From assembly GCF_009914755.1 (NCBI RefSeq), contig NC_060940.1: 64,000 nucleotides of DNA. One strand, given 5' to 3'. Below are positions 16,882 to 28,060 of the stretch, one piece after another (within the stretch, counting starts at the first letter, position 1; each line of letters starts with the position of its first letter). Position numbers and translations under genes: made by a program. Below the pieces are notes generated by a model. The model did not search any database and was not told the DNA's origin. It saw nothing but the letters and a program-made list of their open reading frames with translations. The DNA comes from the human T2T-CHM13v2.0 reference genome, Homo sapiens.

Positions 16882-18560
16882 CTGTCCTTCCAGACACGTC
16901 TCCATGCACGCATGTGCGCGGCTGGACTCACCTGTCCTTCCAGACACGTCTCCATGCCCGCACGTGCGCGGCTGTACTTACCTGTCCTTCCAGACACCCA
17001 GACACACCTCCATGCATGCACGTGCGCGGCTGGACTTACCTGTCCTTCCAGACGTGTCTCCATGCACGCACGTGCGCGGCTGTACTTGCCTGTCTTTCCA
17101 GACACCCAGACACGTCTCCATGCACGCACGTGCGCGGCTGTACTTACCTGTCCTTCCAGACACGTCTCCATGCCCGCACGTGCGCGGCTGTACTTACCTG
17201 TCCTTCCAGACACGTCTCCATGCACGCACGTGCGCGGCTGTACTTACCAGGCCTTCCAGACACGTCTCCATGCACGCACGTGCGCGGCTGTACTTACCTG
17301 TCCTTCCAGACACGTCTCCATGCACGCACTTGCACGGCTGTACTTACCAGGCCTTCCAGACACGTCTCCATGCACGCACGTGTGCGGCTGTACTTACCTG
17401 TCCTTCCAGACACGTCTCCATGCACGCACGTGCGCGGCTGTACTTGCCTGTCCTTCCAGACACCCAGACACGTCTCCATGCATGCACGTGCATGGCTGTA
17501 CTTACCTGTCCTTCCAGACACATCTCCATGCCCGCACGTGCGCGGCTGTACTTACCAGGCCTTCCAGACATGTCTCCATGCACGCACGTGCGCGGCTGTA
17601 CTTACCTGTCCTTCCAGACACGTCTCCATGCATGCACTTGCACGGCTGTACTTACCAGGCCTTCCAGACACGTCTCCATGCACGCACATGCGCGGCTGTA
17701 CTTACCTGTCCTTCCAGACACGTCTCCATGCACGCACGTGCGCGGCTGGACTTACCTGTCCTTCCAGACACCCAGACACGTCTCCATGCACGCACGTGCG
17801 CGGCTGTACTTACCTGTCCTTTCAGACACCCAGACACGTCTCCATGCACGCACGTGCGCGGCTGGACTTACCTGTCCTTCCAGACACCCAGACACGTCTC
17901 CATGCACGCACGTGCGCGGCTGTACTTACCTGTCCTTCCAGACGCGTCTCCATACACGCACGTGCGCGGCTGTACTTACCTGTCCTTCCAGACGCGTCTC
18001 CATACACGCACGTGCGCGGCTGTACTTACCTGTCCTTCCAGACGTGTCTCCATGCACGCACGTGCGCGGCTGTACTTACCTGTCCTTCCAGACACCCAGA
18101 CACGTCTCCATGCATGCACGTGCGCGGCTGGACTCACCTGTCCTTCCAGACACGTCTCCATGCCCGCACGTGCGCGGCTGGACTCACCTGTCCTTCCAGA
18201 CACGTCTCCATGCACGCACGTGCGCGGCTGTACTTACCTGTCCTTCCAGACACGTCTCCATGCACGCACGTGCACGGCTGTACTTACCTGTCCTTCCAGA
18301 CACCCAGACACGTCTCCATGCACGCACGTGCGCGGCTGGACTTACCTGTCCTTCCAGACGTGTCTCCATGCACGCACGTGCGCGGCTGTACTTGCCTGTC
18401 CTTCCAGACACCCAGACACGTCTCCATGCACGCACGTGCGCGGCTGGACTCACCTGTCCTTCCAGATACCCAGACACGTCTCCATGCACGCACGTGCGTG
18501 GCTGGACTTACCTGTCCTTCCAGACACATCTCCATGCACATACATGCGCAGCTGGACTTA
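16882..18560. repeat. Large CpG-rich VNTR, ~32 units of 50 bp (58 bp when CCAGACAC is duplicated)
   Basis: Unit TGTCCTTCCAGACAC[CCAGACAC]GTCTCCATGCACGCACGTGCGCGGCTGTACTTACC. Period 50 is seen at e.g. 17151/17201/17251. Confidence 0.98.
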
Positions 18561-20047
18561 GCTGTGTTTTTTGTCACTTAGTATTGTTGTGGCACTTTTT
18601 CCACATCGGTCCTTAGATAGGGACTGCATCCTCCTTAATGTGATAAAGATGTTCCATAATTTAAAAAAAGTATTCTTTTGTGCAATTTGAGGTTGATTTA
18701 AATCGCGTTAGTTGAAAGCGTGTAGTTTCTGGCATTTTTTAAACATTAAAATAATTTACTTTTACAGCATATTATAATATTGATCTTTAAAAACAAAACT
18801 GGTTTATTTATTTTTTTAATTTTTCCATTATAATCTAAATATCATGATGGATTTTGAACGTCTCACCAATGAGCTTTTGGCAGTCGAATGTTATGTCACT
18901 TTTCTTTTCTTTGAATTTTCGTTTCCATTTCATTTCCCTCACAAAATTTTATCCTGTTAGCCTGGCTGTCGTATGCCTTTGCAACAGAAATAGGGATGTA
19001 GATCGAAGCTGAAAAAATTTATGTTCCTAACCATAAGGCCCTAAGTGCTAAAAAAAACAAAAAAACAAAACAAAAAAAACCTTCTGGATTGAAGGTTCAA
19101 TCCAGATTTGTTCAACTACAATGGTTGAACAGAAGAACGTGAATATGTCACCCACTTAGAACTAATTCTTGATAATAAAATACTAGGAATGTATTTTTGA
19201 AGAGCTGGATAGGGCTTTTTGGTTAATTATTGAATCAATGGATGATTATGTTTGACTGCTTAGATGAGACAGGATTCCATGTTGGTCCTGCTGTTTTTGG
19301 TTTTTATAACTCTGGGTGCTGGGAAACTTGGGTCCCATCGGTAATATGTGGGAGAGGAAGGAGTCCTTGGCTTCTTTGAGTTGTGTGCCAGGGGTCTCAG
19401 TGGTCTGTCCTCAGAAACTGTTTTTGATGATCTCTGTCTATTTTGTTGAAAGCAAAGATTGCAACCCAGCTGACTTACCAAGGGCTTTCTAGTCAGCCGG
19501 TGAGGTGCTGGTTTTGTCACGCCCGTGCTGGTGTTCAGGTGGCCCTGCGCTGGCTCCTGGGGTCTGTGCCCTAGGTGGATGGTGCATCCAGTGTGTTCAG
19601 AGCAGAGGTTGTTTTTTAGGTGGGAAAAGGGCTTTGTGGAAGGGAACACACACATTGAGATACTCGCTCAAGGAGAGTCATCTTTAGGCAACAGGACATT
19701 CTGGAAGGTGGGGATCTGGAGACTGCGTTGCTGAGAGCTGTTTGCATCCATGAGCCCCCCAGAAGCTGTGGGGCACCCGAGGGGCACATTATTCCAGTTG
19801 GGAGCTGGTTGTCTTAGAATATGATTTCCTTCACCTTAATAAGGATCTTCAAGGAAAAAAAAGGTATATTTGGTCAAATGACCTTGCCAAATGGTGGCCT
19901 GAATACATTTTACTCTATTAAAATTTCTTCTCAGACTGTCAGTGTGCCAGTGGCCACTGTGAATAGTCATTAGGGGACTGTTGGCTTCTCAGCAGCACCG
20001 TCCTTCTTCAGTTGCTCATGGGGGGAGAGAATAAATGCATGTGTGGA

Positions 20048-20120
20048 CATGCTGTGAGCCTAGGATCCCGGGGACACCAGCCTTCCCACATGCTGTGAGC
20101 CTAGGATCCCGGGGCCACCA
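20048..20120. repeat. ~41-bp tandem duplication
   Basis: ACATGCTGTGAGCCTAGGATCCCGGGG x2. Confidence 0.8.
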
Positions 20121-21257
20121 GTGTTCCATAGCCTCCACTTGGGGAACATACCAAGCTCGTGCAAGTCAGGTAGCCTCTCCAGTTCTACATCTCTGAGGAG
20201 CATAGGACTGTCACAGCCTGTAGGTGACTGTGGTGACCAAGCCAAAAGCCACCTGGGTTACTTTCCATACCTGACCTATAGGTCATTTGTCAGGTTTTGC
20301 TGTGTTAACGTTAGGTGTCACCAATAACAAGTAGAGGAATTTAAAAAATAATATTTTTGAATGAAATGGAGTTGATTATGCCTTTATTTTAGGAGAAAAC
20401 CTGGTGGTCCTGTGATTTACTTGAGCATGGCGTGGTGCTGTGCTGGCACTCAATGTGGGGACAGTTACAGTGATACTAGGCTAGAATTTCCTATGTGCAG
20501 ATCACAGAAAGGCAGGCTTCCCAGGTTGGTTTTTGGAGAGTGAAATCCAAGAATGGAGTTTTATTGTCAGGTGATAATCACGTTGTGTTTCTAGTGCTAG
20601 TTCTTTCTCTCCCCAGCCTTCCACAACAAAGCGGACCTTAGATATCCCTTGTGACCAGAAAGTGCTAAGGCTTAAAAACGCATGATTGAAAACTGTGGGT
20701 GAGTCTGTACTTTGAGATGAAGCTGTGTTAGCTGCCGCCTGTCTGAACACACTCGTGCTTCCTCCAGGGTGGCGCCAGGCTTGCTGGTTTCTGGGCCATG
20801 GTCTGTTCTTTTGTAGAATCTTTTCCTTCAAAGCAGAACCCTGAGCCCTTTGGTTGTAGCTCACACATGTTCCTGCAGGACCTGGAGGCAGCATGTGTGT
20901 CCTTCCATCCCAAGTCCAACGTGATGTTTGCCCCTTTCTTTCCAGGGCGCTACCGTTTTGGAATGATACCAACACTTACGTGGTTACGAACGTTAGATCT
21001 GTCCCATAGGAATGAGTTGGGATGGAGTGACTGAAAATGTCAAGCCAGTTCTCATGCAAGTGTGCCACCCTAGAAGCTTTATTAACTGGGTGCGATAACA
21101 GCTGGTGCGGTTGCAGTCTATTCTGTCACAAGTTCAGCATCCTCAGCCCAGCTGTCCTGTGCTATCCAGTTGTGCAGACAGATCACCAACAATTAGGAAA
21201 AGTTACGTTCTGCTAAAAACCCCATCTCCAGTTTATTCTTCCTTAGCATTTGGGGCT

Positions 21258-21362
21258 CCTTCCCCCTCAGGACGGGTCCCTGGGAGTGGACTATGTTGAA
21301 TGACTCTTAGGCCTCCCCCTCAGTGCGGGTCCCTGGGAGTGGACTGTGTTGAATGACTCTTA
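21258..21362. repeat. 52-bp tandem duplication just upstream of the cassette-exon acceptor
   Basis: CCCCCTCAG..CGGGTCCCTGGGAGTGGACTRTGTTGAATGACTCTTA x2. Confidence 0.85.
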
Positions 21363-21429
21363 TGTGCTCTTACCATGAATGTTGTTGTTTTAAGGCCTTC
21401 TTTTTCTTTGTGATTCTTTTGTTCCCTAG

Positions 21430-21546
21430 CGTCGTCCCCCAGACTACAGTAATACTCAACAATGATCGGCAGAACGCCATTGTAGCCAAGATGGAAGACC
21501 CCTTGAGCAACAGGGCACCGGATTCCCTGGAAAATGTCATTAGCAA
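21430..21546 (+). CDS. BANP: BANP 117-nt cassette exon (39 aa)
   Basis: Acceptor tttttgttccctAG|C and weak donor GCAA|GTCAGT. Encodes (C)VVPQTTVILNNDRQNAIVAKMEDPLSNRAPDSLENVIS(N). Symmetric phase 2-2. Confidence 0.93.
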
Positions 21547-23224
21547 GTCAGTAGCACGGCACCAACCCCACCTTTCCCTGCCACTGTGCGGAGTCCCATG
21601 AGAATAAGTCAACGTCCCTAAGCCAGGGCACAGTCCAGCACACGCTTCATCTCTGTGGTCACAGGGTTGAGCCTGGCAGGCACCGCCCCAGCTCTCTGAG
21701 GTCGGGGAGGGCAGGCTGGGCGATGCTGAATGCTGAGTCCAGCCACACCAGGGGCAGCTGCCGCCGGGGACTTCTGTGTCTCGTGCTGGCCGGGGTTGTG
21801 GAGGGGGCTGGCTCTGTCTCCTCACAGCAGTCTGTGAAAGCGTTCATCCTCCCACCTAGCTCAGTGGTCCTCACGTCTGTCTGTGCAGAGCGTGTCAGGC
21901 AAACAGACGCCCTCTCCCACGGTTGCTAAGTGGTGCAGGCATGTTGAGTTTATGACTTTTTTCTTATACCTTTTTCTCTTGAGACATTTTGAATGGAACT
22001 TTGGTCAGAGGTGGGAGTGGACAGAAGACACCGTCCCCGCTCTGTGTGAGGGGAAGGCTGTGCAGTGGCCTCTGGCTGGCATCCAGGCCCTGCTGTCCCC
22101 AGGAGTGCCCCTGGGGCTGCGTGAACCCCTGAGGATGCTGTTGCTTTTTCTTTCCCATCTGTGTCTTCACAAAGTTCTATTTGCTTTTTCTCTCAGTCTC
22201 CTTTGTGGATTCCTCCTCCTCCAGCTTCGTCCCCTTTCTGTATTGTCTTAGCTCAGTTCTCCAGGGCCGCAGCTGTGGTCGCAAGGGTCTGATACGTGGG
22301 GTGAAGGGAGAGGAGTTGGTGATGGGCGGTGAGGAGGTGCCAGGGTCAGCTGTGCCTCAGGGGCTTTGCACTGAGGTCAGCCAGGCAGATGGCCAGTGTT
22401 GAGATCAGGTTCAGCGTGGACAGCGCTCTAGAGAATCCAGGCCAGAAAGTGCAGAGTGCAGCGCCCTCCTCTGGGTGCGGCCAGTGTTTTCAACACCCTT
22501 TTTTTTGACTTTGCATATAGAGAAATTGTGCTCCTTTCTCCTGCTGGTGCGTAGCAGTCCACGGTAGAGGATGTTGAAAGGGTCATTAAAAAAGGGAAGT
22601 AGTAAGTCTCTAAATCATCCTTTTTTTTGAGCACTTGTGGAGGTGGCCTCGCCCTGCTTTGCTAGCAGTGTTCTGTCCCTCCACATCAGCAGCCCTTGGG
22701 ATGATGGCAGCTCCGATGGGATCTCAGTGGGTTTTTTAAGCCCCGTCAGGGTTTTTTGCCCGTGGGCGTACGTGGGAGTGCTGCTCGCATTGCGAGGTGG
22801 AGCCATCTCCAGCGAGCCCAGCAGCGTGGATCGAATTGACCCAGGCCTCTGGGCACAGTTTTCCTCATTTAGTCTTCCCTTTAACCTCGCCGGAAAAAAG
22901 ACTCTTACCAGCATTTTATGGGATGACTGCTGAACTCAGAAGGCAGCATGCTAGGCCTGAGTCCCAGTGAGTATGATTTTACTCCTTTTGTGATACAAAC
23001 ATTTTCTTTAAATGGTTAAGTTTTATTTTATACAGTTTCTTTCAGCCCCAGGCCATTTTCTCCCATGGAGTTTCTATTAATCTTGGTAGAGAGAGCAGTA
23101 TGGGAAGGCTGTGTGATCCACTGGTCCACACAGAGTTAGATTTTGCGATAAGGAAAGCGCTGACCTTCGCGTGCTGCTTGCGGCTCTTACCACATCGGGC
23201 TGGTGTGTTTTTTTTCCCGTTTAG

Positions 23225-23400
23225 CGCTGTGCCTGGGCGTCGGCAGAACACCATTGTGGTGAAGGTGCCGGGCCAAGAAGACAGCCACCACGAGGACGGG
23301 GAGAGCGGCTCGGAGGCCAGCGACTCTGTGTCCAGCTGTGGGCAGGCGGGCAGTCAGAGCATCGGGAGCAACGTCACGCTCATCACCCTGAACTCGGAAG
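23225..23400 (+). CDS. BANP: BANP coding exon, acidic/Ser-rich linker
   Basis: Acceptor ttttttcccgtttAG|C and donor GAAG|GTGCGT. Encodes AVPGRRQNTIVVKVPGQEDSHHEDGESGSEASDSVSSCGQAGSQSIGSNVTLITLNSE(E). Confidence 0.95.
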
Positions 23401-23465
23401 GTGCGTCCAGGGCGGCTTTCCTCGGCCAGAGCGCCAGTACAATTGTTTGTTTGTTTTGCCTTTTA

Positions 23466-24172
<707 letters not shown>

Positions 24173-24989
24173 CTAAACCTTTTGGGGTTTTTTGGTGCAC
24201 ATTTTATGATTTTATAACTCACTTCTTTCCCCTACACAGTAGAAATCTTTCCACGTTAGTGCAGATGGACAGAGTCATTTTTAGCCAGTTTTGCTTATTT
24301 CATCAGGTCTGGATGCTTTCCAGGGATGGCCCCCTGTAACCTTTCATTATTGAAACTAGCATTGGCCTGCTGTGTTTTCATGTCTCTTGGATCAGTGTCT
24401 GGACGTGGGCTCTCAGAGGCAGGTTGCTGGGCTAGAGGACGCAGCTTCCACGGGTTCCATGGCACAGGATGCATTGCCCATTTCCCCCGAGATCTGGAAG
24501 GATGTGAAGCTGTTTGTCCTACTTGGACTCCTAGCGGGGGCCTCTCTCCTGCAGGGCTCTGAGGTGCCCTCCCGCCTGGCCCTCGGCCTGCCCAGTGTGC
24601 CTTTCAGAGCCGTCTTCCCCTGAGAGCCTCTGTGTGCCCTTCATCCTGTCACCGTAAGTGACCAGATGACTGTCAGTGACTACAGCGTGGAGAAAAGAAA
24701 GAACCAAACAGACTTAGCTTTGTGCGTGGAGTTGTAAAGCATGTGTTTTCCTTACTTACTAGGAAGAACTCAGTTTTTCTGCATCTGCGTCTGAGTTGTT
24801 GATTTTTCCTAGCAACTCGATGTTGCTTTGTCTAGTGAACAAAGGCTTTCCTGTTAGGAAGACTCATTACCGTATCTGAAACATTGAAAACAATGTCTTC
24901 CACAAAAATTGCTTTTACCTCTAATACAAATTGCTAGGATTCAGATGGCAGAATGGCGGGAAGAGAGAAAGAGACGTTGAGTTGATCTT

Positions 24990-25450
24990 TTTTTTTTTTC
25001 CAAGTTGAGATCTAATTTATATACCATAAAATTGACTGTTTTAAAGCATACGTCTCAGTTGTTTTTAGTATATTCTCAAGGTTGTACAGTCATCACTTCG
25101 GACTAATTCTAGAATATTTTTTATTACCCCCAGAAGAAGCCCTGTGCCCATCAACAGTCACTTTCCATTCTCCCAGCCTCCAGCCCCGGCACCCAGCTCA
25201 TCTCCGTCCTCGTGGATGTGCCTGTTGTGGACCTTGACTCTAAATGGAATCCTGTGGCATCACCCACATTGTAGCTTTTGCCCAGTGCTTTGTTCCTTTT
25301 CATGGCTGCGTGATGTGCCGAGGTATGGATGGCCCTCATTCTGTTGATCCATCATCAGTTGATGGGCATCTGGGTGGTTTGCACTTTTTGGCTGTTGTCA
25401 GGAATGCTGCTGTGAACGTTGAGGTGCAGGTTTTTGTGTATGTATTAATT
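24990..25450 (-). mobile_element. L1MB/L1MC-like 3' end fragment
   Basis: ttgagatctaatttatataccataaaatt...catcagttgatgggcatctgggtggtttgcactttttggctgttgt...aatgctgctgtgaac. Confidence 0.8.
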
Positions 25451-26707
25451 GCAGGATCAGGGCAATGGAGTTTTTCACACATGAAATTTGAGGAAAGGAG
25501 GGATGCTCCTGATTTCATTTTCATAGAAATTGAAAATCACATTGCAGTAACGACAGACTAATTGTTGTAATTATTTTTGGATGTGGATTTTGTATAAATC
25601 CCCACATAGATCTGGCCACCCCCTTCAGGCCTGATGTTTGTTTGATTGAAACTGTGTTAGCTAAGGCAAAAAAACTTGGTAATTCTGGGGAGTCCAGGGT
25701 CATAAAAACAAAAAAATCTAAATGAACTTATGAGACGATATCAAATTTGGAGCTTACTTAGTATTGATCTGTATCTATAAGGAAAAATACAAATTTTCTT
25801 TGTGTCTGAGTTTAAGTTTTTTTGATGTTTTGTGTAAGACATTTTTCTTTAGCTAGGCTTTGAGCAGAGTTTTATAGCCATCTTTACCACTGATTGTTCT
25901 CATCAAACATAATTTTGCTGTACAACACAGGTTGTTAGGATTGGGGTGAACTGCAGAACTTTTTCTCATCTTAAATTTGACTTTATTTTGAAGGAGAGGT
26001 CATCATCCAGAGCCATTCTGTTTTCTCATCCCATTAGGAGGAAACATTTTTTGTAATAAATCTGTTTCACTGACTGTCCTTGGGAATGTATATCCCAGTG
26101 GGGTCGGTGTTATGAAAATATCTGCTTGAGCTGCCTTATTTGGCATAGTGGCTTGGTGAAAATGAGGAAGTCACCTTTAAATGATTGCTGTGTATGTAAA
26201 TGTTGGGAAAATAGCCAATCCATTAATGTCTCTTATGTCAGATTTAATCTCAGCCCGTAGTGGCGTCCTCTCTTCAGCACTTCCATGGGGGGTGCGAATG
26301 TGCCGAGAATGGGGCCAGCATCTTCCTGCCTGTGGCCCTCTGTCCCAGAGCACCTGGGCAGGCGGTGAATCAGCGAGTTTCTACGAGGGAAAGCATTAGG
26401 AATATGGGAAGTGCTAAAGGGGGTGTGCTTGTCTTTCTATTTAGTTGTTTTAGGCCCTGATAAGAAATAGGAGCCGCAGGAGACAGATTGTTCTTAGCTT
26501 CTTATTTAAGTATTTAAGTGCCTTAAGTCTTAGAGAACCACAGATTTCAAAACGGTTATTTCTTAAGAATTCCAAATGGCTTGTGTGAATTGACATGCTG
26601 TTTTGTATCAAATTTGGAGTCAGTTTATTGTACTGCAAAGATACCATATCATTTTATTCTAGTTTTTTTCACTTAGGTAATTCCGTTTGTCATTACACAC
26701 GCTCCAC

Positions 26708-27197
26708 TGGAATAAGAAGGATGGTAACTCTCAGCTATTGAAAGCAGGGAACAGTAGACTGTGTCTCATTGGAATAAGAAGGACGGTAGCTCCTGACTGT
26801 TGAAAGCATGGAACAGTAGACTGTGTCTCATTAGAATAAGAAGGACGGTAACGCTCAGCTATTGAAAGCAGGGAACAGTAGATTATGTCTCATTAGAATA
26901 AGAAGGACGCTAACTCTCAGCTATTGAAAGCAGGGAACAGTAGACTATGTCTCATTAGAATAAGAAGGACAGTAGCTCCTGACTGTTGAAAGCAGTGAAC
27001 AGTAGACTGTGTCTCATTAGAATAAGAGGGACTGGAGCTCCTGACTGTTGAAAGCATGGAACAGTAGACTGTGTCTCATTGGAATAAGAAGGACTGTAGC
27101 TCCTGACTGTTGAAAGCAGGGAACAGTAGACTATGTCTCATTGGAATAAGGACGGTAGTTCCTGACTGTTGAAAGCAGGGAACAGTAGACTGTGTCT
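26708..27197. repeat. Minisatellite, 62-bp unit x8
   Basis: Unit GGAATAAGAAGGACGGTAGCTCCTGACTGTTGAAAGCAGGGAACAGTAGACTGTGTCTCATT, with two interleaved variants. Confidence 0.95.
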
Positions 27198-27704
27198 TCA
27201 TTCTTGTGCTTGCCTTTTGTCAGTAGTTTTGGTCTTGGTGTGCTCATAGCTTTGTTTTGTACTTGAAAGTGTGTGGGGCCTCATCATTCAATGACTAAGC
27301 TGCCAGCTGAGTTAGAGAAACAAGTTGAGCTAAAATGGACCTAGCATGGGATCTGTTTGTCCATTAAGGGATTTAGTTAGGTTCTTAATCAAGAGTTTAA
27401 ATTCCTGCTGTGTATGCATTTGATAATTCTTACAAAACGTGACTGATCCTATACATAAAATGTTAGGTACTTCATTTCAGTGGGGGAAGGATTGTGGTTG
27501 AATTCTAATTGAATTATTGCCAGGAATTGGTCTCATGGACTTCCCAGGCAGTAGAATGACTTACGTGGTAGCTCTTGGTGATGCCAGTGAAGGCTGGTGA
27601 GGCACAGCTGGGAGAGTTGGGCAGCTGTGAGAGCTGTCAGCTGTGGCCATCCTGCAGCTGCTACTGGCACGCCGTGCTGACCTCGTTGTCCCAGACCTCG
27701 TTGT

Positions 27705-28060
27705 CCACAGAATGTCAGCCATGCACATGGAAATAAGAACATGTAGCCACACTGCTGTGCGGATTTACAGACCTCACAGTCCACACAATGTTAGCCGTGC
27801 ACATGGAAATAAAAACATGTAGCCACGCTGTGCTGTGCCGAGTCACACACATCGCAGTCCACGGAACACCAGCTATGCACGTGGAAAGGAGAACGTGTAG
27901 CCACGCTATGCTGTGCCGATTCACACACCTCGCAGTCCATGGAATGCCATTCGTGCACGTGGAAAGGAGAACGTGTAGCCACGCTATGCTGTGCCGATTC
28001 ACACACCTCGCAGTGCACGGAATGCCATTCGTGCACATGGAAAGGAGAGCATTTAGCTAC
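27705..28060. repeat. Minisatellite, ~78-bp unit x~4.5
   Basis: Unit GCACGTGGAAAGGAGAACGTGTAGCCACGCTATGCTGTGCCGATTCACACACCTCGCAGTCCATGGAATGCCATTCGT. Confidence 0.9.

Noticed and set aside
16882-18560. U1 snRNA gene or pseudogene
   Set aside because: Only the 9-10-nt 5'-end motif matches. The following U1 sequence (GCAGGGGAGATACC...) and the Sm site are absent.
16662-18616. Three overlapping long ORFs (639, 601, 585 aa), Cys/His-rich
   Set aside because: They are an artefact of a stop-free 50/58-bp tandem repeat. All three frames are open with the same rotating peptides, there is no real zinc-finger spacing, and they lie within a BANP intron.
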